Shown: positions 13,501 to 28,500, counted from the first letter of the stretch. The stretch: DNA of 64,000 nucleotides from Antedon mediterranea (GCF_964355755.1 NC_092673.1:9238001-9302000); one strand, 5' to 3'. The notes: generated by a model from the letters alone, not told the origin. Program-made: numbers and translations.

Positions 13501-16500
13501 TGTCAAATTTAACGAGATTTGAGAAAGACGTGGCTATATATTCAATAAAGTATAGGCCTAGGCCTACTAGAGTGTAGGTATGTACCGTTGCTGCTTGGCC
13601 TCTAGCTAGGCTAGGCTGACAGCAGTGAAGTTTGTTTTGCTGGCACCCGACCTTGGCCTACCCATGGGCCATGATAGGGTGCCTGAATAGTTGCTTTTCA
13701 GTCAGGTCTAAGCTTGCACATCGCTTTACTACTCTTTACTACTCTTGTTCTGTATACTAATAGGATTTTGTGTTTCACAATTCTTAATGTGCGAGAAAAC
13801 CCAGGAACGATAAATGGGGCGAAACGACCATGAATATGAATACATAGGCCTCTAGACAAAAATTCAAGGCTAGCTTGGCTGAGCAGACGGCTTAGCTAGG
13901 CCTAGCCCTAGCTTAAAGTTAAAAGCAATCTGATAAGATTATTATGCTGTTGTTGTACAGTGAAAATCATGAGGTTACATGTAAATTAGACGGACATTCT
14001 TATCGGAAATATTACTTAGGCCTAAACTAATCGTATTCATTGTGTGTATAAAATTTATTCCCCATTTTTCGACACATAATTTACCAAAGGGGAGACATTT
14101 CATCAATGCGTTGACCGGCGACTAAAACGCGTCAGTCGCTAAGTGTAACGCGTTTCGCGACGTATTGTAAACTAATAACCCCTAAGTTACTGAAAAACTG
14201 TAATTTGTTAAAAAACACTATTTTCTGACCGATTTTTTAGAAATGAGTTTTTTGAAAATATTTCCGTATTTTTCCTGTTTTTTTTTATGTAATCACTTTC
14301 AATTTAACATACTTAAACATAATATAAGCTGAGAAAGTCTGAGTGTAGCTCCACTTTAAGTTTGTTCATGACCAAATTAACGGCAAAACACCACATCAAA
14401 CAATGGAATACTTTTATTTAATTACACACAATGCTAATACCAGATTTAGTAATAGATATAATTTTGTAATTCCGAAAGCTCGCACAGATGCTGGTAAATT
14501 TAGAATTTCTTTTACTGGAGCTCAACTTTGGAATAATTTACCCTTAGTTATAAAATGTACCCCTTCTAGATGTAAATTCATAAATAAAGTTAAATGCTTA
14601 CTTTTACAAAAATAATAATGTTAGCCCTTGTTTACTTTATTTCTTTTATACAGTTGTTGATTATTTCTTAATGAATTATTGTTGATAGATCAATTTATGC
14701 ATTTTGACTAATTTACTTTTGTGACTGGAGTCAAACCTGGATTAGCGAAAGATATTTTTTGGCTCCTTTTCACATACTATGTATGATGTGATGTGAATAA
14801 AGTTATGTAATTGTGTATGGTGTCCATTAACACTGATAACCAACCTCTAGTTAAATCGTGTTAAATACATATCATGTAATCTTTAATGGTTTTTATGTTA
14901 ATATATAAAAATGTTCATTTGTAGACTGGGTCTAAAGAACGACCAGTCTTTTGAATACTTGGGCAATAGGCTTCATGTCAAGATAGGCTTCTCTTCAAGA
15001 TTTTTCAAACAAAAGAGGGGGCTTCATTTTGAAATGAATGCTGTAAATTTTCTTTTCTACTACTAATATACAACTATTATTTTCAAACATTAAACTAATT
15101 TTGTTTAAACCACCATAGAGGCGGTTTCTTTTCGAGGTTTAATAGGATTGATTTATGTTGTCTTCCTTCACCACAATTACTATTACAATATGCATCTAAT
15201 TATAATCATATTACTCATTTCTATATATTTTTTATTGACATTTTTAGCCGTCTTTATGAGTTTTTGGAATGGCTAGTATTGATGGTTTAGTGTATAGCAT
15301 ATATTAATATTATATAACTATGATTATCTTTCAGAACCAATTAAGAATAAATATGAAAATGAAAGTGAAATATTGCTTTGTTTTGATTAGAATAATCAAA
15401 AGTGAATTGCAATACTTACCAGGCACTATAGTATTGACACGAACAGGAAGAGAATCCAACAAAGTAAACCCATATCTGCCATCCTCGCCACGTTCAACGG
15501 TCAACTGTAATTTAAAAGATAAATTTCACAAACATTGAAAAGACTGGAGTTAAATTTCATTCTTAAAGTAACAATAGAGATAAGATACTGCCAGAACACA
15601 ATGTTTGCTGAAGTGTGATTTTGATAGTAACCTCATTGTCATAGTACAGTGAAAGGGCAAGTTCTGACAACAGAGACAATTGATATACAGCTTCTTCTCA
15701 TTCTCTCGAATTTCAAATTTACTAAATGTTCAGTATGTCACTGGGTGCTTTAGAATTTATTGTAAATTTTATAAAAAATGTGTATGTTAATGAAATAATG
15801 ACTGAGAGAAAGGATGGTAGGCTTTGAGAAATTTAACCTAATAATAGAACATTTTTTTAATTGTTAATTTAAACATTAATTAGTTAAATAAGACAAGTTA
15901 TAGTAAACAATAACTAACAAATTTGGGCTTCACTTTGGATGAACTGTAAAGATGAGACCTGTTGCTCTGCATAGCTACTGGATGGTGCTTTATTCGTCCA
16001 AGATCTTGATCAAGAAGACGATACCAACCACCAACCTCCTGTAAAAATAACTACATTTTAGTTTAAATTGATTAAATTTAAAGATGTATTGTCCTCCAAA
16101 TCTTGAAGATGAATAAAATCATATTTTGAAGAGACCATGTTGTAGTTATATAAAGTTATTCAATTTCCGCGGAAAAAAATCTGAAAAAAATATTAATTTC
16201 GCTTAAAAAATTCAAAATAAGTTTATCATTTTTTCCAATTTTTTTCGCATATTTTTGCATACGCGTTAAACGTCAATATAGGTCATCATGATGCTCGGGA
16301 ACCCCTATTTTGCATTTCATTTTCTTAAAGTGTATGTATTATATGTATGATTTATTATGAAAATAAGAAAAAAAAATTGATTAAGTCATCATTAATTGCA
16401 TATTAAATTTTTGTTTATTAATTTCAACAAACTATGACATTTTCTTGGACAGAAATAACAAACTTAACATTAACCTTGCTCAGAAGGTGAATTCATCAGT

Positions 16501-19500
16501 GTGCAATAGAGCATACTGTATTGTTCTTTGTTACACCTTTATGCAAATTAGCTATATATAAACATTGCACATGTTGTTGTGCGGGGCAGTCGACAATTGA
16601 GCTTCGTGCTGGGTGTAGCCAATACAACAAATAAATGGAAGCTTCGGCGACACCAAACAATTAGAGTGGTGATGTGTTTATTATAGTTGGGGCCTACATT
16701 TGTTTTGAGACTTCAAAACAAAAATGGTAGCAGTGCGAGGTTAATAAAACAAAACAAGTGGAATTTGGTTATTGGAATTTGTGTTATACCTGGAGACTGT
16801 TTGAAAACGCATCGTAATGGAGGAAAGGAAGGCTGCAGTAAAGCTTAGTCGCAGGAACAAAAAAGGTCATTTGACGAGAACATTAAATATCATTAAGGTG
16901 CTGTCGCAAGAAGATGACAATCTAGACATTGAAGAAATAACAAAGCTGCTCAAGAAATCCGAGACACAGGTGGCAGAACTTGAAGACATTCATGAAGCAT
17001 TTGTAGCATTAATAAAAAGTGATGAAGAATTTGTGGACGCCGAAAAATGGATGGAGGATTGTCAGGTGGAGCTGTTGCAAGTAGTGAAGAGTGCCCGACG
17101 GAAGTTGGAACTGACAAAGAATGAAAATGCCGAAACCATGGACAAGAAACCAGACCGCTCAGATGTTAAGGGTAATATGGACACTAAAAGTAACTTTGAC
17201 AAATCTAGTATTAATGCTATATTAGTGAACTTAAATTGTCCTTTGAATTGCCTAAATCTACAATACCAGAGTTTGGGGGTGATTCTGGAGAGTATTGGTA
17301 TTTCATTTCTAATTTTGAAACTAATATAGCATCTAAACTCAGTGATAATGCAACTAAGTTACAGTATCTCGTACAGCTTTGCACTGGCGAAGCTAGGGCA
17401 TCTATTGAAGCTTGTACATTGTTGGGGGACAAGGGGTGTGATCAGGCCTTAGAGATATTAAAAACTCAATTTGGTCAATCGCATTTGGTATTGAATTCCC
17501 TTATGAATAAACTGACGGGAAGGAAACAAATACGTGTAGGCGACACTAGTTAGTTTAGTCGGGGATATGAAACAATGCGAATTGACTTTAAATCAGATTG
17601 GGTATACATGTCATCTTAACAGTACCTCTAATATTTTAAAGGTCCAATCATTACTTCCCAAACCAGCAGACAAAATAGCAAGCACTATGTTTGGTAGACA
17701 TCTTGAATATGAAAATTCTGGGGGTGTCCAAGGTGGTAGGCACAAAACGTATCATTGTAATGCCCCGGAGGCACAACCTAAGTCTAACGTTAGTATGAAA
17801 CTGTTAAAAGCTGTGCTTGCTGTAATGAGGCACATAGGTTATGGAAGTGTCAGAAATTTAAGGGTCTCCTAGTTAAGGAACGTTGGGAACTGGCAAAAAG
17901 CTGTAGGTTATGTTTTAAATGCCTGGGAAATCATATGGCAAAAGATTGTAATAAACAAATGGTATGCAATATAGAAGGTTGTAAAAGTGACCATAATAGG
18001 TTATTGTTACACAAAATTAAAAGTATGTATACTGTATCAAGTAGCAGTGATAGGGATAAACCCAGTGAAGGTGGGTCAAGTAGCAACGATAGGGATAAAC
18101 CCAGGGAAGGTGGGTCAAGTAGCAGTGATAGGGATAAACCCAGGGAAGGTGGGTCAAGTAGCAGTGATAGGGATAAACCCAGTGAAGGTGGGTCAAGTAG
18201 CAGTGATAGGGATAAACCCAGTGAAGGTGGGTCAGGTAGCAGTGATAGGGATAAACCCAGTAGTGAAGGTGGGTCAAGTAGCAGTGATAGGGATAAACCC
18301 AGTGAAGGTGGGTCAAGTAGCAGTGATAGGGATAATACCAGTGAAGGTGGGTCAAGTAGCAGTGATAGGGATAAACCCAGTGAAGGTGGGCCAAGTAGCA
18401 GTGATAGGGATAAACCCAGTGAAGGTGGGTCAAGTAGCAACGATAGGGATAAACCCAGGGAAGGTGGGTCAAGTAGCAGTGATAGGGATAAACCCAGGGA
18501 AGGTGGGTCAAGTAGCAGTGATAGGGATAAACCCACTGAAGGTGGGTCAAGTAGCAGTGATAGGGATAAACCCAGGGAAGGTTGGTCAAGTAGCAGTGAT
18601 AGGGATAAACTCAGTGAAGGTGGGTCAAGTAGCAGTGATAGGGATAAACCCAGTGAAGGTGGGTCAAGTAGCAGTGATAGGGATAAACCCAGGGAAGGTG
18701 GGTCAAGTAGCAGTGATAGGGATAAACCCAGAGAAGGTGGGTCAAGTAGCAGTGATAGGGATAAACCCAGTGAAGGTGGGTCAAGTAGCAGTGATAGGGA
18801 TAAAACCCAGGGAAGGTTGGTCAAGTAGCAGTGATAGGAATAAACCCAGTGAAGGTGGGTCAAGTAGCAGTGATAGGGATAAACCCAGGGAAGGTGGGTC
18901 AAGTAGCAGTGATATGGATAAACCCAGTGAAGGTGGGTCAAGCAGTGATAGGGATAAACCCAGTGAAGGTGGGCCAAGTAGCAGTGATAGGGATAAACCC
19001 AGCGAAGGTTGGTCAAGTAGCAGTGATAGGGATAAACCCAGTGAAGGTGGGTCAAGTAGCAGTGATAGGGATAAACCCAGGGAAGGTTGGTCAAGTAGCA
19101 GTGATAGGGATAAACCCAGTGAAGGTGGGTCAAGTAGCAGTGATAGGGATAAACCCAGGGAAGGTTGGTCAAGTAGCAGTGATAGGGATAAACCCAGTGA
19201 AGGTGGGTCAAGTAGCAGTGATAGGGATAAACCCAGTGAAGGTGGGTCAAGTAGCAGTGATAGGGATAAACCCAGGGAAGGTTGGTCAAGTAGCAGTGAT
19301 AGGGATAAACCCAGTGAAGGTGGGTCAAGTAGCAGTGATAGGGATAAACCCAGGGAAGGTTGGTCAAGTAGCAGTGATAGGGATAAACCCAGTGAAGGTG
19401 GGTCAAGTAGCAGTGATAGGGATAAACCCAGTGAAGGTGGGTCAAGTAGCAGTGATAGGGATAAACCCAGGGAAGGTGGGTCAAGTAGCAGTGATAGGGA

Positions 19501-22500
19501 TAACTCAAATAAAGGTGGATCTTTTTTAGGTAAAGCTAAGGTAGATGAGAGTGCTAGTAGCACAGATAGTCAAAAAGGTAGATCAAAATTAGAGGATAAT
19601 TATATGATTCAAGACAACAATGTGTCTCTTAGAATGGTGCCAGTAGTGGCAAAAAATAGTAAAAAACAGTTACAGATAAATGTTTTATTAGATGATGGGA
19701 GTTCCCAAACAAATAGTGAGGTATGTAATGAACTGGGACTAAGTGGCCCTATTGAAGAGGTAACGGTGGGAACCTTAAATGGGAAAACGACAACGTTTAG
19801 TACACAAAATGTTAAGTTTGAAATATCGCCAATACAATAAATAATAAAAGTATTAAATATAAACTTAATGCATTGATGACTGATAATGTGACTGGTAATT
19901 TAAAGCCAAAACCCTGGAATAGAATTGGAAAGGATTGGGAACATTTAAAAGATATTGAATTTCCAGAAGTTGACAGAAATAGAAATCACGTTGATATGTT
20001 GATAGGGAATGATAACGTAGACTTTCATAGAGTATTAGAAGAAAGATGGGGAAGACCGGGGGAGCCCATTGCTAGACTTACACCATTAGGTTGGACATGC
20101 ATAGGGTTAAACAACTAAAGCACATATGCACAATAAGAACACATCGTTTCATGTTCATACATATCATTCTTTTCATGGTTGTAATGAGAACACCAATAGT
20201 ATATTAAGAAAGTTTTGGGAAATGGAAATAGTTGGAATCCAAAATGTGCCCTTGTACACTAAAGAAGAGCATAGGGTGAATAATATCGTGAACGAGTCTA
20301 TGACCAAAAACATTGAAAATACTAGGTATAAAGTTAGAATTCCCTGGAACGAGAATAAATGTCAATTGCCTTTAAATAATTTTAGGTCTGCAAAACAGAG
20401 ACTCGAAAATGTAGAGAAGAAACTTTTAAATAACCATGAGCTAGGGCAGGCATACAAGAAAGTTATTGAAACACATCTAGACAAAGGATATATAAGGAAA
20501 GTAGACTATAATGAGCAAACACCTACACAACAATGGTTCTTACCACATTTTCCTGTCGTAAAAGTGGACAGGGAAACTACCAAAGTTTGTATAGTATACG
20601 ATGCTGTTTAGTTTAAATGACGCAATAAGCCCTGGGCCAAAGATTCTAAAAGAATTATTTGATGTTTTGATGCGGTTTAGACTGAATAGAATAGCTGTAA
20701 TGCATGATATATCGGAAATGTATCTACAAATAGAATTGTATGGGACGGAGGATAAGCCGATGCATAGGTTTCTTTGGAGGGATTTAGATGTATCTATAGA
20801 GTCCACGGTTTACGAATACCAGAGGGTGATTTTTGGAATTAATGCCTCTCCATTTATTGCTTTAACCGTAGCTAAGCAAAATGCTCGAATGAATCAAGTT
20901 AAGTTCCCATTAGCGGCCGACACTGTGTTAAATTCTACTTATATGGATGATTCGTTAGATTCTGTTAAGGATGAAAAGACAGGGGTGGAATTGTACAAGC
21001 AGTTAGTTAAATTTTGGAATCAAGCGGGTATGGTACCCAGAAAATGGATCTCAAATTCAAAGAGGGTTTTGGAATGTATTCCCATAGAACAAAGAGCCAA
21101 ATCAGTAGATATGGCATTAAATAAACTACCAAAATAACCAAATGACTCGTGAAAAAATTGAATGGCGTTTCAATCCACCTTTAGCTCCGCATTTTGGAGG
21201 CACACATGAAAGCTTAATTAAATCCGCAAAAAAAGCAATGTATGCAATATTAAGCAAGGCTGATATTTCGGATGAGGAGTTAATTACCGCTATCGTTGGC
21301 GCAGAAGGTATACTTAATTCTAGACCTCTGACGTACCAAACAGCATCAGTAAATGACGCTGTTTCTTTGACGCCAAATCACTTCTTACATAGTCAAATGG
21401 GTGGGAGATTTGCTTGTGAAGAGGTAATAGACAATAGTAAATTTAATCTTAGAAAGCGATGGCGTAGAGTACAAGAACTTATGAAACATTTTTGGAATAG
21501 ATGGGTAAAAGAATGGCTACCTACATTGAATCAAAGGAAAAAATGGAAATACTGTAAACCTGACAATGTATGGCCGTTAGGTAGAGTGCTTGAAGTTTTT
21601 CCCGGATCAGACAAACATGTTCGGGTTGTTAAGATTAAAACTGAAAATGGTACATTCTTAAGAAATATTACAAAGATTTGTCATTTAGAAATGCTACCAA
21701 GTTAATTAAGCTTGTTATATCGGAGTATGTTATCGGAATAGTATGTAGTATGTTATGTTTAAATGTTAAAGCGCAATTCCATAGAAATTAAAATAATTAA
21801 ATGTTAAATTAAATTGAAATAATTAAATAAATTGTACATAAAATTAATTGGAAATGTTATTGTCGATTGTTAATAAGAAATAAAAATTATTGTAAAAAGA
21901 AAAAAAAAGTGACTGAAACAACAATGACGATGGATTGTATTGTGGTGTTATTTAAGTATGTAGTATTGTATTAAGTAATTGAAGTAGTAATTGTATTAAG
22001 TTATTAAGGATAAAATGAAAAATAATATCAAAAAGATTGAGGGGTTACCTCAATGAAGGGGAGAATGTTCAGAAGGTGAATTCATCAGTGTGCAATAGAG
22101 TATACTGTATTGTTCTTTGTTACACCTGCTAATGCAAATTAGCTATATATAAACATTGCACATGTTGTTGTGCGGGGCAGTCGACAATTGAGCTTCGTGC
22201 TGGGTAGCCAATACAACAAATAAATGGAAGCTTCGCGACACCAAACAATTATTGTGGTGTTTAATTTATGTGTTTGTCGACCAGTCAATTCGGTTTATTA
22301 TAGTTGGGGCCTACGTTTGTTTTGAGGCTTCGAAACAAACCTTCTTCTTTGAAATGTTCGTATATTCAAGTTAAAAGTATATACTTTGACAGTGCATTAT
22401 TTTTTTACATTTTTAAAGATGTCATCATACTAAAAAATTATGACTCATTGCAGTATGTAATAATCTATTTGCACCAAAGTGGTTACTGCATAGTAAATTT

Positions 22501-25500
22501 CTTCACCCTTTAGTCAGTTATGTATGGCTCGGTGGTCTGTACTCAGGTCTATAACATTCAAGGTACTGAGATCGAATCTCACCTTGGGAAACGAAACAAG
22601 ATTTTTGTTATTATCCATAGTGTTTGTTCAATTTTATTTCTTAGTGTATATACACATGATTTATAATGAAATCTAGAGAAAAAATAACTTAAGTCTTTCT
22701 TATTACGTAATAAATGTGGTTTATGACATTATATGTATTCTAATTTCATTGAAAATACATTTTGAAAATGTTAAGCATTTATATGCTTGCGTTATATGTG
22801 CTACACATGTATTGCTATTATGATGAAATATTATATCGAGTACCAAGTTTGGATTAATTATAATACACTACACAATGGTGCGCGAGCAAAGCAAGCTTAC
22901 CATCTAGGTCTTGCACATCGGATGGTTCTCGAATACATAGTAATTTCAGCGTTAAATAACTGGCGATTACAAATACATACCGCAAAACAATAATACATAT
23001 CGTTTACAGGAACAAATAAATAGACACTGTGATTTATGTACTCAACTAAAATTATCACACTGGGAATTACTTCCGAAAGAGAAACTTGTCACAAAATGAG
23101 ACCAATTGTTTGAGTCAAATTTAAACAAACTTAATTTGTTTTTTGTATGTAACATTAGGGTTGAGAGATATTTTTAAATATATTTTTTATCCATTCAGTA
23201 ACGAAATATTAATTGTTTCCATGTTTTAATAATATACCACTAAACACAGTAAAAAATTTAATTAAATTTAATACTTTGTTGAAACTGTCACCGTCATAGT
23301 CAATCGAAATAGTACATGCCCTTTATTTTCGTGATTTAGGCTTTACAGTATTTTCATCCCTATTTTTAGCTTTGTTTAAAAAATGTTCGCAATAAGTATT
23401 TAGAAATTCATTACATACTTTCTGTTTGAAAAGTAGACTTTTTGTACCAAACGACATACAGCCCAAAAATTCATTCCTGCAAAAAGTAGAACACAAAATA
23501 CATTTTAAAATATTTGCATGTATTTTTTTATTTCATATCTTTCTTTATTCTGGAAAACTCATTCAATACATAAGTACTGGTCTCTCATGAGGTCCAGATT
23601 TGTGACTTAACTACAAAATTAAAGCATAATATATACATTTGTAAAAAATCCTAAAATTGCTCTTAAATACTTTTATATTCATGAATTGGTAATTTTAGAG
23701 TAAATCAATTGGGAGGTTATTCTAGAGTTTCGGTGATCGGTAGAGGAAGGTCCTTTTACCTAGTAAATTTGTCCATGTTGGAGTACGGGTATTTGATTAT
23801 TGACTATGTGTGTTTTTATGATGAGTGGTGTGCATAAATTGAAACTGGGTTAATAGATATGAAGGAGCAACATCTTTCAACAATTAAATTGCTCATCCCA
23901 TTTGTCTGATAAGTTTCTTCCATTTAAGTGATAACATTAATTCATTTACCGGAGTGGTAATGCAAATAGAAGTAACCTAGCAAGTCGATTTAGAAGTACT
24001 TAAAGTGAGTTAATATCATTACAATTACACCACACAGAACTACAATAGTCAAAACAAGGAATTACGATTTTTGATATACAGATAACTGAAATCAAATCTA
24101 CCACATACAGAATGAAATATGTAACTACCTTGTTCCAAATCTATTAAAGACTGATATGATAATTCTTCCATTTCTTGGAGTTTCTTTAAGTGCACTAAAA
24201 AATGATTAAAAATCAAAATATATTAAATTGCCCTTTATAATAAATGCCAGAATGTTGATGAGTTTTTTGCACAACATTTTGAAGTCATGGAAACCTATTT
24301 GGGCTTTGAAAGTGACCACTTTGTGGTTGATGAGTTTGTGCAAAAGTGTCATATATTTGTAAGATCTTCATTTAATTTAAAGTTCAATAGTATTTGTTGG
24401 CTTACTGTAGTTTCGTTGTTGAAAATACTTCTTTCATACAGTGTTCTTCCTATTCCATGTTTAGAGAAGAATGGCAGACCATAGGCTACACTAATAATGA
24501 TTGACTAATGTTCGTAGATGAAGTGGTTGTGCGTCACCATCAAACTCAAGAATCGAGGAACATATTTTGCTTTTTCCACAAAAAAAAAATGTACTTACAA
24601 AGTAAACTGCTCATTGAACCTTGGATTTCTATTGTTTTCTATAGTCTTTGTTCTTTTCCAGATACATCCATTTTCTTGATCATAATTTCTTAATAGTACC
24701 TTAAAACAGTATTAATTTAAATGTTTTTATTTATAGACAATATATTAATAGGAATAAAAACTGTTTGTTTGGCCTAAATGTGATATAATTGGTACTGAAA
24801 ACATTTGAGAATACTAATATATTGTACATTAATTCATTAAGTCTGGTTTGGTTACTGCCAACACAACATTACATGGTAGAGACTCTAAAACTATAAATAC
24901 TTTTCCCTACTTTCCCCTTAAAAAATGTAGGAATTCATACATTACACATACTCTTGTACTCATTTCACAAGTAAACTATTTGTGAAAATGTATCAAGAAT
25001 ACCAGTATTATATGACGGTGGTGATTACAATGACCTTAGAGATTAAATCATTTTTTTCTTCATAGGACATCAAACTATGACTATCTTCAGTTCTAACCAC
25101 TCACATTGCTAACACAGTAATATATAACAAATCTTACCCATATAACAATAATGAAAACTATAAAAAATCCATACTCAGAAAAAAATTGTAAACACATGAT
25201 TCAATGATGTACTTACTTTTACATATGGATTGCAGACTCGTTTTTCTGAAAACATTAGTTTCCTAGCAGCTATAACTAAAACAGAAAGTAATGACATCAT
25301 AAAGAGTACAAAATTATATCGCAATACATTACAGTGTTCTAATTCTGAAAGAATCATGTATTTTACAACATGGCTCGATCTATCTATTTTCTAGTCACTA
25401 TTACTGTTACTTTATATTGCTACCCTAAAAATAGTAGCCCATTTATTTCAGCTCATATCGCACCGCCATACCAGGGCCACCATAATTAGGATGATTTGGG

Positions 25501-28500
25501 ACAATTTTCAAGTGTAATAATTTACATTTTTATTCAAATCTTGATTTCGCAAAATAAAAATTAATTTTTAAACCTGTAATATTACTTTTTTTAGCTTGCT
25601 CTTATCACAATTTCTATGACAAATTCTGAAAGTATAGACAAAACTTGGAGAGCATTTTTTATTTAGCCTTGTCCAATATTTAAATTCATAATTATAAATG
25701 AAAACACTAAATATTAAAAGAGTGATTTGCTACCAAGGATACACGTGGAAGTGATGCATTTCAAACTTTTAAACGAATGTGAATTTACAGTAGGCTTAAA
25801 ATAGGTGGGCTTATTATTATTAAATATTAATTATCTAGAATGCTGTATAGCTAGGAACCATACTTTTATCACGCCTCCCTGCATTCTGTGGTGCGAACGT
25901 AGCTTTCAATGTGGGATTCGCTTAGCTACATACGACTAGGTGGCGATATAGGTGAATAAAAAGACATTGCAAAATATCAAGACATGTAAAGGCAACATAG
26001 TTTATTAATTATGCCATAAAGTTATGTCATAGAATAAAATATTACAAAGTATGTCTTTTGAAAATAGTATTACAGTCAACAATACAAAACATACAATATT
26101 ATAAATTATACAAAGATGAGCATTAAGCAGGCGGATAAAATAAGAGATTGGACTGTTACTGAAACGGGCGGTTCTGGATGGTAATTGTGAAATTTTGTTA
26201 CTGTTACAGAGCAACCTCCCATGACTTTGAAACTGTGTCACCGGTAAAAGATCAGCAGAATGAACAGTCTCAGATATTCCCTTGGCAAATTTGAGACTGA
26301 GCTATTCTCCTATCAGTGAGGAATGAGATGTTACAGACCTTTAGAGCTTTGTCATACAAACTAAAATCCCTTCCCAATATGGTACGGCATGCTCTACGTT
26401 GGACTGATTCTATAGTTCTGCTAGTTCTTTACCCCCGATATAAATTTTATTTTCAGGAATATTCCTTTTACTAAAACATATTTGTAGTGCCTGGCATTTA
26501 GCAGGGTTCAGGTCCATAACATTCCTTTTACACCAGTCATGAAACTCATTAAGATCATGCTGCAAGTGACCTGGTTTTCATAAACAGATAGGTCATCAAA
26601 GTATTTTAAAGCTTTCGTTTTAGCACCCTTAACAGCATTATTGTTCATGATTTGAAATGCAATGGGACCAAGTTTAGTCCCCTGGGGGACACCAGCTTTT
26701 AACGCGATAGCACTTGATAAGGAGTTGTTATATTTTACACATTGTTCTCTGCAGCTGAGGAAGCTCAAAGGCCTTAGTGAAGTTCGTAAGGACAACCGTC
26801 CCGATGTTATGAGCTTCCTCAGCTGCAGCACACATCATGAACTAGACGTACAAAGTAGTGGCTACTTGATGCCCCTTTGACATTGCCATACTGCCTTACA
26901 TCTAATTTATTCTGGATATCAGATACCAACCACTCACAAACAAATTGTTCTGCCACTTTTGCAAAGGCAGATGTTAACGAGATAGGTTTTAACTTATCAA
27001 TTTTTGGTGGGTGTACCTTGGGGATAGGAACAGTCACAGCTGATTTCCATTGGGAGGCAAGACTTACTTCCCTAAATGAGCAATTTAAAATATTAGTAAG
27101 GGGTTCACTTAACTCAAGGGCAAACTCTTTAAGAATTAAGGGTGGTATTTTATCAGGTCCTACTGATTTATGTGGGTTGGTTTTTCTTAACTTATTATAA
27201 ACCTCCCATTCTTTAACTTGGTGTACAGGACTGTTACATGGCAAATATGCCGGTAAAATACAATAGTCTAGTGTGGGTATGTCATTATTAATGCTAGCAA
27301 ACTGGGAATTAATTGCATTAGCGATACATATGTGATCAGAGGCGGATATGTCTGTAACATTAATATTTAGATCTCAACCCATTTTAGATGATGTTAAATC
27401 TTTAATTTGCGAGTGCCGTTTTCGTGGGTCATTGTGACGTAGGTGTCTTATTCTAGTTGAAAAATACTTTCTCGCTTTACTTTGTTTTGTAACTTCTTAA
27501 AAAGTGTGGTGTCCCCCCTAGCAAAAGCGGCCTGCCTATTCCTATTACTGTAGGTCCCTAATGCAATTAGTTATCCAGGGTCTATCAGCACAGTGCATTT
27601 TTCCTTTTTTCATCGGAAAATACTTATCTATTGCACTGTTCAAAGAGCGTCCATTTTGTCTTGAGTAGAAGTGCTATTGACCACCTCAAGCCAATCTTGT
27701 ATTAATAAATATCTTCCAAACTCACATTTTCTTGATTCATAAAATGGACGAACCACTATGTTCTTTGTAGATTTGAACCGCGGCCTGATCTTTGGTTTCC
27801 ATAGTACACACACATGATCGCTCATACCAATAGGCGCTAATGCAGCAGGTGCTGTATAAAACGTGTCATCCATATTTGTGATGATTAGATCAAGAACAGC
27901 ATTATTACACGTGTTAAATTTAACAATTTGACGAAAATCGTTGCCTTTAAGAATGTCATCAATCACCATACGGTTGAAATCAGCAGCTATGAAAAATCCC
28001 GTATCTGGGGACCGTGTGCGAATTTCGTCAATTGTGTTCTTTCAATAACTGTTGATGTGGTGAATAAATATAATTATAAAATAATTAGGATTCAGCAAAC
28101 TGGGATTCAGCAAACTGGGATTCAGCAAATTGGCCTAGAAACAACTTGTAAACATTTCATAAATAGGAGTTAGAGGGGTGGGTGAATGCGACAATGTTGG
28201 TTTGTTTTTCATCAACAGTTCTGGAATTTCTTAACTTAAAATAATTCATGGTCAGCAGCCTCGGCAAATGCGTATTCTAGCAGGTAAATTTGTCCTCCAT
28301 ACCACCTCAGATGGATAATGGTGAGAGATTGCGCTAATCTGACATTTAATAAATAACCTACATGCATATTCATTAATGGCTATTATGACACCTATTTGTA
28401 TAGAGTGTAACTTGCTATAGGCATATCTATTGAATTTAAAGTCTTTTCACCTTTTGTTAATTGGCTACAATAATATTTCAATATTTCAATTCAGTAGTTC

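Larger units (their letters stand above)
16477..22337 (+). mobile_element. BEL/Pao LTR retrotransposon, decayed and internally deleted, antisense in an RGS3-like intron
   Basis: TG..CA LTRs at 16477-16720 and 22066-22337; 5-bp TSD AACCT at 16472-16476 and 22338-22342; PBS; PPT; gag, zinc knuckles, protease, RT (YMDD) and integrase C-half in BEL order. Confidence 0.95.

Noticed and set aside
18037-19519. CRISPR-like array
   Set aside because: Contiguous tandem units with no unique spacers, no cas genes, and a eukaryotic retrotransposon context
17931-19563. Long antisense and alternative-frame ORFs (YPYHCYLTHLHWV, LSLSLLLDPPSLG and VAVIGINPVKVGQ repeats)
   Set aside because: By-products of a 39-bp unit that lacks stops in four frames; only the SSSSDRDKP frame is continuous with gag and protease
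21706-22054. env-like gene in the BEL element
   Set aside because: Short AT-rich segment with no ORF
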